This document shows positions 6,604 through 14,175 of a stretch of 28,165 bases of DNA, one piece after another. Numbering within the stretch: the first letter of the stretch is position 1; every line of letters starts with the position of its first letter. The stretch covers positions 1 to 28,165 of IMG/VR virus record IMGVR_UViG_3300020045_003845. One strand, given 5' to 3'. The position numbers and the translations under genes are program-made. Under the pieces are notes generated by a model that saw only the letters and a list, made by a program, of their open reading frames with translations, made no database searches and was not told where the DNA came from. Source of the DNA: a virus. Taxonomy: Duplodnaviria > Caudoviricetes.

Positions 6604-7550
6604 TGGCAAAAATAGTATTAGCAAATAAAGTTATGGAACAGGTTATGAACTTGCATAGGCTTGGGAATATTCCTGGGGTTAGGGTTGGGTTTGAAAACTT
6701 AGACCAACACTATTCGGTTAAATTGGGAACCTCTACGATTATATACGGTCATCCAACGGCAGGCAAGAGCGAGTTTTTAAAGGAAATATCAAAACCGTTA
6801 ACGTGTAAATATGGATGGAAAGGGTTAATGTATAGCCCCGAAACGGGTGATGCTGCCGAAATATTTGCAGAGTTAGCAAGCGCATTGACATGGAAAACAT
6901 TCGATAAGAGATTTTCTAATTATATATCTGAAAAGGAATTAATGAATGTTATGGCTTTTATTCAGTCGAACTATATCGTAATTGATAACACGGACGAAAA
7001 AGGGTTATTATTAGATGAATGGGTTGACCTAACAAAAGAATGTATTAAGGATTATGGCATTAAGTGGAGCAGTATTGATAATTGGAATGACGTAGACCAC
7101 GATTTATTTAGCGCAGGTGGAATGATTTCAGAATACTTGAAGAAATCCCTGCCTAAAGTAAATAGGCTTGCTAAAACGCAAAATATACACGCTTTTATAG
7201 TTTGCCATGCGAGAAGCCCAACTGTGATTAGTGGTGAAAGTTTCCCAAGACCGCCAAGACCAGATGAAATTGAGGGCGGCTCGTTGTGGTATGCAAAAGC
7301 TATGAGCCTAATAGGGTTGCACCGTGATTATATCGAAACCCCTAACGGGTGGGAGCAGTCAAACGAATTGATTGTAGATATAAGGAAAGTAAAACCTAAA
7401 ATTGTAGGTAAAAAAGGACAAATTAGATTGAAGTATAATGTTAACCGAAACTCTTATTTTTACGATATGGGGCACGGCTACCAATACTTAGAAACACCGT
7501 TTAATGAATACGAACCAGTACAAGCTGTATTTAACCAACCATCATTCTAA
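6603..7550 (+). CDS. DnaB/T7 gp4-like SF4 replicative helicase
   Basis: VRVGFENLD, Walker A GHPTAGKS, YSPE, IDNWN, IVCHA, IEGGSLW, IRKVK...GKKG; TAATG coupling. Confidence 0.85.
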   Translation: MAKIVLANKVMEQVMNLHRLGNIPGVRVGFENLDQHYSVKLGTSTIIYGHPTAGKSEFLKEISKPLTCKYGWKGLMYSPETGDAAEIFAELASALTWKTFDKRFSNYISEKELMNVMAFIQSNYIVIDNTDEKGLLLDEWVDLTKECIKDYGIKWSSIDNWNDVDHDLFSAGGMISEYLKKSLPKVNRLAKTQNIHAFIVCHARSPTVISGESFPRPPRPDEIEGGSLWYAKAMSLIGLHRDYIETPNGWEQSNELIVDIRKVKPKIVGKKGQIRLKYNVNRNSYFYDMGHGYQYLETPFNEYEPVQAVFNQPSF

Positions 7551-7885
7551 TGAAAACACTAACAAAAAATATTTTACAAAACGGTATAGGAGTTGAGCCA
7601 ATGTTTAACCACCAAATGAGCGTAACAAGTTCACTTAATTCGTTGTCAGAGTTTTTGGTTGACATGGGTATTAAGCTAAGAAAGCAAAGCACACCAAGTC
7701 AAGTTGATAAGTACAATCTACTAAGCCAATCGTATGTGAACATTAGAGGTGCATTAGCACAAATATTTATACACGAAAGTACCGTACATCAATTGGAGCA
7801 AATGTTGGCGCAAAAAAACAAAGAGATAGCAGAGTTAAAAAAACAAGTTGATATTTTAACCAACACAATAGAATTTCAGAAGTAA
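7550..7885 (+). CDS. Hypothetical coiled-coil protein
   Basis: TAATG coupling; heptad-like C-terminus. Confidence 0.75.
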   Translation: MKTLTKNILQNGIGVEPMFNHQMSVTSSLNSLSEFLVDMGIKLRKQSTPSQVDKYNLLSQSYVNIRGALAQIFIHESTVHQLEQMLAQKNKEIAELKKQVDILTNTIEFQK

Positions 7886-7897
7886 TAAACAGTAATC

Positions 7898-8218
7898 ATG
7901 AACAACAACGAAAACAAACAGAAAACCCCGCTACATCAGCTAATTGAAAAGCTGGACAGCGGAATTAACGAATTTAAAACCACAAAAGACTTGACGTATC
8001 AACAACAGTCATCGGCATTAGCTGTTATGTGTGCAATTAGAGAAGATGCTGTTGCCCTACTACCAGCAGAAGAGCAAAGCTATATTGATGCGGTAAATAA
8101 TGAATCAGAAGTAGCGGCAAGATTAGCCAACACGTTATTGGGCTATGAGTTGTTAAAATCAAACGGTAACGCAGGCAAGCAGTATTTCGACCAGACATTT
8201 AATACACCGAAAGTATGA
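7898..8218 (+). CDS. Hypothetical phage protein
   Basis: KQKTPLHQLIE...EEQSYIDA...KQYFDQTF pattern; ATGA overlap with the next gene. Confidence 0.8.
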   Translation: MNNNENKQKTPLHQLIEKLDSGINEFKTTKDLTYQQQSSALAVMCAIREDAVALLPAEEQSYIDAVNNESEVAARLANTLLGYELLKSNGNAGKQYFDQTFNTPKV

Positions 8219-8457
8219 AAACAGAAGATTTTAATTTAGCTTTTCGTGGAAACGGATTTAGCGAAGAACAAAACAAACAAATTACAGAATCAGCGTTAAC
8301 GGTAGCCTCACAGATACTTATTTCAGCGGTTGTAATGACTGGCGCGAAAAATTACATTGTAGGTGATGTTAATTTTCCTGACGGCACAGCATGGGAGTTG
8401 CATTTCAAAAGAAAACAACCAATCAGTAAAACTTTAACCAACCCACCCAATGAATAA
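8215..8457 (+). CDS. Hypothetical protein
   Basis: Overlapping operon ORF. Confidence 0.75.
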   Translation: MKTEDFNLAFRGNGFSEEQNKQITESALTVASQILISAVVMTGAKNYIVGDVNFPDGTAWELHFKRKQPISKTLTNPPNE

Positions 8458-8716
8458 GATAGCCAAAAAACACTACACTCAAATTTTTGAAATAGATAAC
8501 GGAGCAAATATAGAGCAAGACGAAAAGCGTTTAATCGCAGCAGAAAATTGCGCAGCCGCAACCGAAGAAGGGGCGGTAAAGTTTGCGGAGTGGATGATTG
8601 ATAGCGGATATAAAAGAACTAATGGTAAAATATATTGGGTGAACGATGTTGAGCCAAGTTTATACAGAGCTGAATCCGAACTATTCCACCACCCCGATTT
8701 TTTAGCAACACTTTAA
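8450..8716 (+). CDS. Hypothetical protein
   Basis: Overlapping operon ORF with AVKFAEWM motif. Confidence 0.75.
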   Translation: MNKIAKKHYTQIFEIDNGANIEQDEKRLIAAENCAAATEEGAVKFAEWMIDSGYKRTNGKIYWVNDVEPSLYRAESELFHHPDFLATL

Positions 8717-8937
8717 TGAATAAGGATATGACACCAAACGAACGTTATCAAAAAACAGAAGATATTTTATCAAAGTTTAACAATGGTAAGTACCTATTTA
8801 ACACCTCCGCATTATTTAACAAAACTGTTCAAATGATGGTTAATGGAGCATCTGAATACGATGTTATAGAGGCATTGTTGAAAGTTACAGAAGAAACGCA
8901 ACAAGCATTTGAGCAACATTTAATTAGGGGTAAATAA
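8716..8937 (+). CDS. Hypothetical protein
   Basis: TAATG coupling. Confidence 0.75.
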   Translation: MNKDMTPNERYQKTEDILSKFNNGKYLFNTSALFNKTVQMMVNGASEYDVIEALLKVTEETQQAFEQHLIRGK

Positions 8938-8947
8938 TTTAACAACT

Positions 8948-9394
8948 ATGGAAACTAACAAAAACCTACCCGCAGAACTTAAAGCAGAGTTAAAACAATT
9001 ATTTTTGAATACATTCAATTGCTATGTTGATAGTAATGATACACAACCAGCAATGAGCGAAGAAAGAGCAATCGAGTTCGCACAATCTGAAATAGCCCAA
9101 AAGATAGCCCGTATAAACTACATCAGCATTGAAGAACACGAAAGGCAGATGATTTTGTTTGCCGATTTTTTACCTAAAAAGCATTCGTGGATTATACTCC
9201 GCACAGAAGATAATTACAAAGAGGTTAACGACTGGCTTAATATTGATATTGGCCGTGAAGCCTTATTTGGAAAAAATGGATATGTTGGATATGATGGCTG
9301 TTATTGTGGAGTAGTTATACCAATAGGTTACAATGAAATCACAACCGAACAGTTTAAACTTTTTATGCTCACCCAATTTAAAGCAAAACAGTAA
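8948..9394 (+). CDS. Hypothetical protein
   Basis: 148-aa ORF with LPKKHSWII...YNEITTEQFK repeat-like module. Confidence 0.75.
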   Translation: METNKNLPAELKAELKQLFLNTFNCYVDSNDTQPAMSEERAIEFAQSEIAQKIARINYISIEEHERQMILFADFLPKKHSWIILRTEDNYKEVNDWLNIDIGREALFGKNGYVGYDGCYCGVVIPIGYNEITTEQFKLFMLTQFKAKQ

Positions 9395-9549
9395 TGAAAA
9401 TCATTAGCAATATTAAGCGTTGGTTGAAAAAAGAATGGGCAATATTTTGCTATTCAGAATCGGTAGAAGGTCATTGTGCACCAAAACACGAATACGATAA
9501 AAAGATTGTTGAAATCAAAAAAAAGTATCATTTAACTAACAACACCTAA
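9394..9549 (+). CDS. Small hypothetical protein (51 aa, MKIISNIKRWLKKEW...), not in the ORF track
   Basis: TAATG coupling to the upstream gene. Confidence 0.6.
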   Translation: MKIISNIKRWLKKEWAIFCYSESVEGHCAPKHEYDKKIVEIKKKYHLTNNT

Positions 9550-9563
9550 ACACAAAACAGATT

Positions 9564-9710
9564 ATGAGAATGATTGAAAAAACCAACGGGAAAGGCGAAA
9601 CAATTTTAGTAGAAGACCCACAATATTTGAATGATGAAGAAGGGTTTAAAAAACTACGCAGAAAACCTACAAACTACACTCCACCAAAAAAGAAACGTAA
9701 AAAAAGATAG
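9564..9710 (+). CDS. Small basic protein (48 aa, ...PTNYTPPKKKRKKR), not in the ORF track
   Basis: A-rich start context; fills the operon gap; stop 3 nt before the next ATG. Confidence 0.65.
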   Translation: MRMIEKTNGKGETILVEDPQYLNDEEGFKKLRRKPTNYTPPKKKRKKR

Positions 9711-9713
9711 ATT

Positions 9714-10244
9714 ATGAGCAACCTAACAGAAGTCGATTACAACGGGGGAAAACTCCTTGTGGACGAAAACCAAAAACCAAAAGCAGGAGAAATTGGATAT
9801 TTCCCTGACTTGAATATTGTTGCGCAACCCGATACTGTCGATGATGGAACGTATTATAAAATCATCGCCCAAACCTACGACTGTGGAATAATTGGAGTGC
9901 CGTTTGTGGAGTTGGAGGATGAAGAAAGAGAAAGAGGTATTACGATTAATGGAGTAGGAGCAAAAGAGTTTACCGAAGCGGATGCTATTAATTGCATTAA
10001 ACAAGGAATAATAATAGGATCACGAGAAAAAGGAGGAAGAAAGCCATTTAGTGAATATCAACAAAAATTTCAAGCCATTATCACCTCCCTACGCCCAAAG
10101 AAGCCAGTAAGCTATACAATGGTGATGGAAAAAACATTTGACCCAATGAGAGGATTTATGCCGGGAGACATTCCCGAAACCTACACCAAAGTAATAGACG
10201 GAAAGACAGTAACCTTTATTAAAGTAAAAGCGAATTATGAATAG
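9714..10244 (+). CDS. Hypothetical protein
   Basis: 176-aa ORF overlapping the YopX start. Confidence 0.8.
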   Translation: MSNLTEVDYNGGKLLVDENQKPKAGEIGYFPDLNIVAQPDTVDDGTYYKIIAQTYDCGIIGVPFVELEDEERERGITINGVGAKEFTEADAINCIKQGIIIGSREKGGRKPFSEYQQKFQAIITSLRPKKPVSYTMVMEKTFDPMRGFMPGDIPETYTKVIDGKTVTFIKVKANYE

Positions 10245-10668
10245 AGAAATAAAAGTACAATTTATAGTTGACAATAAGCATTTGAGCGCATCGTACACTT
10301 TAACTGAGGTGTTAAACGCTTATGATGAAAAGGTCTTTGAAGATATGGAAGGCCCATGCACGTGCATGTTAACCGAATCAACTAATCATTGCGAGGGCGA
10401 TTGTTCTAAATACGAAAAAAGTGTTATTACGGGTCAGCGACAATTCACGGGATTAACGGATAAAAACAACAAAGAAGTGTTTGAAGGGGATGTTTATCAT
10501 CAAGGCGACATGAACATAAAATATGTTGTGGTTTGGCACGATACGGGGTTTAAAGGTAAGCAGATTGGTTCATCAAGCTTTGCAGGCTTAGAATATTGGA
10601 AAGACAGGATTGAAATCATCGGCAACATCTACGAAACCCCTGAATTGTCAAATCCACCCACACCATAA
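10237..10668 (+). CDS. yopX: YopX family protein
   Basis: MNREIK...QFTGLTDKNNKEVFEGD...EIIGNIYETPEL signature. Confidence 0.85.
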   Translation: MNREIKVQFIVDNKHLSASYTLTEVLNAYDEKVFEDMEGPCTCMLTESTNHCEGDCSKYEKSVITGQRQFTGLTDKNNKEVFEGDVYHQGDMNIKYVVVWHDTGFKGKQIGSSSFAGLEYWKDRIEIIGNIYETPELSNPPTP

Positions 10669-10726
10669 ACAAGTGCATTTCAACACTCCAACAGTAAGCG
10701 AGTATTAACCAATTAAAGCAAACAAT

Positions 10727-10903
10727 ATGAAAAAGCTATTAATTGTACTATCGGCAATAATTTTGCTGTATTTATGTGGGGCTTTTATAACCCTTTTACC
10801 TAATCCTTTAGAGTGGAGCAGTGATGCGCGAATAGTTTTTACTATATTTTGCGTAGTGGTATCTGTTTTTTTAGCCTCCGCTCCGAAAGGAATGTATGAT
10901 TAA
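10727..10903 (+). CDS. Small two-TM membrane protein (58 aa), not in the ORF track; last gene of the + arm
   Basis: MKKLLIVLSAIILLYLCGAFITLLPNPLEWSSDARIVFTIFCVVVSVFL...; shares TTAA with the convergent gene's stop. Confidence 0.7.
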   Translation: MKKLLIVLSAIILLYLCGAFITLLPNPLEWSSDARIVFTIFCVVVSVFLASAPKGMYD

Positions 10904-11472
10904 GGAATCAACAACCCAAAAATAAAGCCAATAACACCGCCTTCAACACGACCTTTATTGCGAGCCTTTCGAATATCTTTTTTAGCCTGTTTTACGGTAT
11001 TAAAAAGGATTAAACTATCGTTGCGGTGTATTGTGTCATTAATTTGAATTACGTTCTTTAAATCGAAGATATTTGAGTCTTTAAATTTAATAATGTTGCT
11101 GTCAAGTTTTAGTTGAATTTTAGCATCATTGTATCGGTAATAAGTTCTATTAGCACTATCCTTTGAAGGGTATAAGGTATTAAATAAACTGTCATGCTGT
11201 GAACTATCGAGAGTGTTTAAATAAACAATACTATCTTCGTATATGCGTTTAATTTTTAGCTTTTCGGTGTAAACGGTGTCAACCCTTTTTTCATTTGACT
11301 CAACTTCGGAAATTAGGTTTAAAGCCTTTATTTGCAAGGTTTCGTTATCTGACTGTAATTTTAAATTGTCGTTCTCTTTTTGCCCATCACGCCAACCCAG
11401 CAAAAGAATTATTAGCAGCAAAATTGCAATGATGCAGCATAGTTGTATTTTTGTTTTTTCGCTTTCGTTCAT
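10900..11472 (-). CDS. Putative spanin-like (Rz-like) membrane coiled-coil protein
   Basis: N-terminal TM helix, long coiled coil and hydrophobic C-terminus; downstream of the endolysin on the same strand. Confidence 0.5.
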   Translation of the reverse strand: MNESEKTKIQLCCIIAILLLIILLLGWRDGQKENDNLKLQSDNETLQIKALNLISEVESNEKRVDTVYTEKLKIKRIYEDSIVYLNTLDSSQHDSLFNTLYPSKDSANRTYYRYNDAKIQLKLDSNIIKFKDSNIFDLKNVIQINDTIHRNDSLILFNTVKQAKKDIRKARNKGRVEGGVIGFIFGLLIP

Positions 11473-11474
11473 GC

Positions 11475-11504
11475 TTGCAAATTACAAATTAAATATTACA
11501 TTTG
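11475..11504 (+). promoter_or_regulatory. Bacteroidota primary-sigma promoter driving the ncRNA unit
   Basis: TTG-N19-TACATTTG, same CTTGCA...TACATTTGT layout as at 5846-5877. Confidence 0.7.
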
Positions 11505-11538
11505 TTTTCAGTAATTTGTTTTCAGTAATTTGTTTTCA
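11500..11538. repeat. Tandem repeat ATTTGTTTTCAGTA, about 2.8 copies
   Basis: Units at 11500-11513 and 11514-11527, partial unit at 11528-11538. Confidence 0.85.
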
Positions 11539-11554
11539 TAGGTGAATTATGGCT

Positions 11555-11613
11555 TTGCGTGTAGCTCAGCTGGTTAGAGCCTTGTGTCGGTGGTTCGAGT
11601 CCATCCACGTAAA
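11555..11613 (+). ncRNA. tRNA-like RNA lacking the anticodon arm
   Basis: Acceptor TTGCGTG/CACGTAA; D arm GCTC-AGCTGGTTA-GAGC; only 8 nt (CTTGTGTC) before the T arm GGTGG-TTCGAGT-CCATC. Confidence 0.75.
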
Positions 11614-11671
11614 CAAGCACCAAAAGCCTTTGCGGCAAAGTACGCAACTTATAAGGAAGTGCCTTATGCAA

Positions 11672-11708
11672 TAGTGCAAGTAGCGGTGAAATGCTTTGAT
11701 GTGCATTA
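11672..11708 (+). ncRNA. 16S rRNA helix-23 (690 loop / Kt-23)-like hairpin
   Basis: GTAGCGGTGAAATGCTTTGAT (11680-11700) enclosed by the TAGTGCA/TGCATTA stem; 16S comparison is from memory. Confidence 0.5.
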
Positions 11709-11715
11709 GCTTAAC

Positions 11716-11749
11716 GGCCTCACTTTAATCGGTGGGGTCTTTTTGTTTT
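11716..11749 (+). terminator. Intrinsic terminator of the ncRNA unit
   Basis: GGCCTCACT/GGTGGGGTC stem with G-U pairs, followed by TTTTTGTTTT. Confidence 0.75.
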
Positions 11750-11801
11750 AAAGGGTAATTTACATATTTTTACATGGATAAAAATAAAAAAATTATTTTA
11801 C

Positions 11802-12416
11802 ATGATAACAGAAAACATATCAGGGCGCACCTTCGGAAGATATACGGCCATTAGCTATTTCGGTAGAGATAAACATAAAAAGCCGCTATGGAATTGCGTA
11901 TGTAAATGTGGCGAAAACAGGGTTGTTGGGCTACATTCTTTAAAAAGCGGAAACTCTAAAAGTTGTGGGTGCTATGCTGGTGAGCAAAGGGTCAAGTCAA
12001 AAACAACACATGGCAAAACAAACACTGACATATGGAACATATGGAGAGCCATTAAACAACGAACGACAAATAGAAACACCAGGTCTTTTTCAAGATATGG
12101 AGAAAGGGGTATACTAATGTGTTCAGAATGGTTGTTATCTGTTGATGCATTCCATAAAGATATGGGTGATAGGCCTTCTAAATCACATTCAATAGAAAGA
12201 ATAGATAATGACAAGGGTTATTATAAAGAAAATTGTCGATGGGCGACAAGACTTGAACAGGCAAGAAATCAGACAAATAACGTTGGTGTTTTAAACGTAG
12301 AAAACGGGGTGTTTTATAACACTATCTCAGAAGCCGCATATTGTGATGGAAAATTTCCTCATCAGCTAGCGCATTTACTAAGAAGGGGAACTACGACAAG
12401 ATTCTCATATATATAG
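11802..12416 (+). CDS. HNH-type homing endonuclease-like protein
   Basis: GRTFGRY...WNCVCKCG...SKSCGC; YGERGI; SIERIDNDKGYYKENCRWATRLEQARN; C-terminal YNTISEAA (NUMOD-like). Confidence 0.8.
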   Translation: MITENISGRTFGRYTAISYFGRDKHKKPLWNCVCKCGENRVVGLHSLKSGNSKSCGCYAGEQRVKSKTTHGKTNTDIWNIWRAIKQRTTNRNTRSFSRYGERGILMCSEWLLSVDAFHKDMGDRPSKSHSIERIDNDKGYYKENCRWATRLEQARNQTNNVGVLNVENGVFYNTISEAAYCDGKFPHQLAHLLRRGTTTRFSYI

Positions 12417-12461
12417 AATTACGTTTTTGTATTTCAGCGGGCGATAGATTATTGAAGTAGG

Positions 12462-12917
12462 TCATGAAAAATACATTTCTGCTTCGGCTTTTCTTCGCCT
12501 TACAAGTCCGGCAATTTTTTTACCCCCAGCATTTACCCACTTCATAAATTCGTTCAATATCATTTGGTCGTTCGGGTTTTCGTTAACTTTTTTCAATAGT
12601 GTTGAGCCTTTCAATGACTGTGAGCCTAAATTATATGCGAATGAAACTAAGGCATTAAATTGGTTTTGATTAATCGTATCAACTGCCATTGCATCAACTG
12701 ACAGCTCAAATTGTTTTATATCGTGAAGTAAATATAATGTTGCTTGTGAACGTGTAATTTCTTTATCTGTTAACGCTACCTTTTTTCCGTCAGGATAGCG
12801 TGTTGTTCCAAATCCAATTGTAGGTACTTTTGCGCTACACAAATACGGCCTTGGCTCGAACCCTTCGAACGAAGTTATTAAATCAATTCCTTTATCGTTT
12901 ATCGTTGTTATTTTCAC
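12462..12917 (-). CDS. Endolysin, GH24 phage lysozyme
   Basis: GIDLITSFEG...PYLCSAKVPTIGFG...NQFNALVSFAYNLG...STLLK...GLVRRRKAE. Confidence 0.92.
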   Translation of the reverse strand: MKITTINDKGIDLITSFEGFEPRPYLCSAKVPTIGFGTTRYPDGKKVALTDKEITRSQATLYLLHDIKQFELSVDAMAVDTINQNQFNALVSFAYNLGSQSLKGSTLLKKVNENPNDQMILNEFMKWVNAGGKKIAGLVRRRKAEAEMYFS

Positions 12918-13216
12918 TTTCCTTTAATCTTATTAATAACCGCTTGAATAATCAACTCATACAACGAGGTTCCAACCGCATAGGTTACGAATAGTTTAGT
13001 TAAATCTTCGCCAAATGCAAAGTGCCAAACAAAGCCCAAAATAGTGGCCATGATAAAGACACCCCAAGTCATAGCTTTCTTGCTACCCGTAAGAGCCGCA
13101 ACGACTAAGGCTGTAATGTTTCTAAGCCCATACGCTAAGAAAATAAAACAAACCAAATAAGGCAATGATAAATAGGCCATGATTGAGGCCATGATATTAA
13201 CTGATATTTCTTCCAT
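12914..13216 (-). CDS. Putative holin
   Basis: About 3 hydrophobic segments, basic C-terminus, overlaps the endolysin start. Confidence 0.65.
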   Translation of the reverse strand: MEEISVNIMASIMAYLSLPYLVCFIFLAYGLRNITALVVAALTGSKKAMTWGVFIMATILGFVWHFAFGEDLTKLFVTYAVGTSLYELIIQAVINKIKGK

Positions 13217-13217
13217 A

Positions 13218-13463
13218 TTATTTCCTTTTTGTTAACTGTTTAATTTCTTCGTCCTGCTTGGTGATTACCGCCCAAACCTTTATAAACTCTGCCTCATTAT
13301 TTTTGTTCTTTTCATCCTGCCTTGCAAGCATTTCGCCTTGTGATGTAATGGTTTTAAGGGCGTAGGTTATAACAGCTATGTTTATGGATATTAACAATGC
13401 TAATATAGCACCAAGCATACTTGTTTTGTCCCGTTCGTAATCGTTAGAGGCTTTTATATTCAT
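13218..13463 (-). CDS. Single-TM coiled-coil protein (holin-like or lysis accessory)
   Basis: TM segment MLGAILALLISINIAVITYAL followed by a coiled coil, in the lysis module. Confidence 0.55.
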   Translation of the reverse strand: MNIKASNDYERDKTSMLGAILALLISINIAVITYALKTITSQGEMLARQDEKNKNNEAEFIKVWAVITKQDEEIKQLTKRK

Positions 13464-13468
13464 ATGGC

Positions 13469-13939
13469 TTAATCTTTTGGTAATTCGTTTCCGTTAATTA
13501 AAATTAAATATCTTGCAACCAATTTACTCAAACTCATTGGCATTGCTACTCCGTAATTCCGCTGGTCGCATAATCCATCACCGCTAGTGCAACTACATCC
13601 ACATGCAAGTGTTGTAATACAATCGTAACATCCTTGAGAATTACAATGTGTGTTACAACCCATGTATTCGTATCGCGTAAAAAAAGTATCGTTGCTAAAT
13701 TGAATAGCCACCACATCGCTTACCCCATCCGAAGTTTTAACACCCAAATGTGTGCTGTCTTTGTAAGTCGTATGAATAAATGGGTACTTATCCATTTCAA
13801 ATACGCTATCTGTTTGCGATTTTGCAACAGCAGCAATGCCGTAAAAATAGTTTACTCCATCGTTGGCCAGCGTGCCTATTGCAACGTTTTGAGCGTTGGA
13901 AAAAAGAGGTAGTAGTAAAAATAAAAGTAGTTTTTTCAT
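13469..13939 (-). CDS. Secreted Cys-rich protein
   Basis: Signal peptide MKKLLLFLLLPLFSNA|Q; 8 Cys within about 30 residues. Confidence 0.75.
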   Translation of the reverse strand: MKKLLLFLLLPLFSNAQNVAIGTLANDGVNYFYGIAAVAKSQTDSVFEMDKYPFIHTTYKDSTHLGVKTSDGVSDVVAIQFSNDTFFTRYEYMGCNTHCNSQGCYDCITTLACGCSCTSGDGLCDQRNYGVAMPMSLSKLVARYLILINGNELPKD

Positions 13940-14175
13940 GGTGCTAAATTAATTAAATTATTTGAACTTTCAATATCTGTTGGTTTGCCTAAAATTTGGC
14001 TCAACTCTTCGAGGAAAACAATATAAAAAAAACCGTCTTTATGCTCGAGATGATCGCAATAAGTTTGAGTTGTTGCGTGCTCGTGGGATGGTATTCCAAA
14101 AAACTTATTTATTTCTGAAATAGCAAACTTTGCATCTTGTTCACTTGTAAATTTATATCCTTTAAAACACGCCAT
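13936..14175 (-). CDS. Hypothetical protein, possible fibre-associated chaperone (start ATG 14175)
   Basis: MACFKGYKFTSEQDA...; overlaps both neighbours. Confidence 0.6.
   Translation of the reverse strand: MACFKGYKFTSEQDAKFAISEINKFFGIPSHEHATTQTYCDHLEHKDGFFYIVFLEELSQILGKPTDIESSNNLINLAP

Noticed and set aside
1084-10298. Minus-strand ORFs in the left arm (e.g. 1084-1293, 2837-3139, 3242-3520, 6225-6624, 9723-10004)
   Set aside because: Antisense shadows of well-supported, coupled plus-strand genes, with no recognisable motifs
11500-11538. CRISPR mini-array
   Set aside because: 14-nt direct tandem units with no spacers and no cas genes
11589-11613. attP core made of a tRNA 3' half
   Set aside because: The matching 5' acceptor strand and D arm are also present, and no integrase is adjacent
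11680-11700. True rRNA gene or host chimera
   Set aside because: Similarity spans about 21 nt only; the flanks are non-rRNA and continuous with phage features
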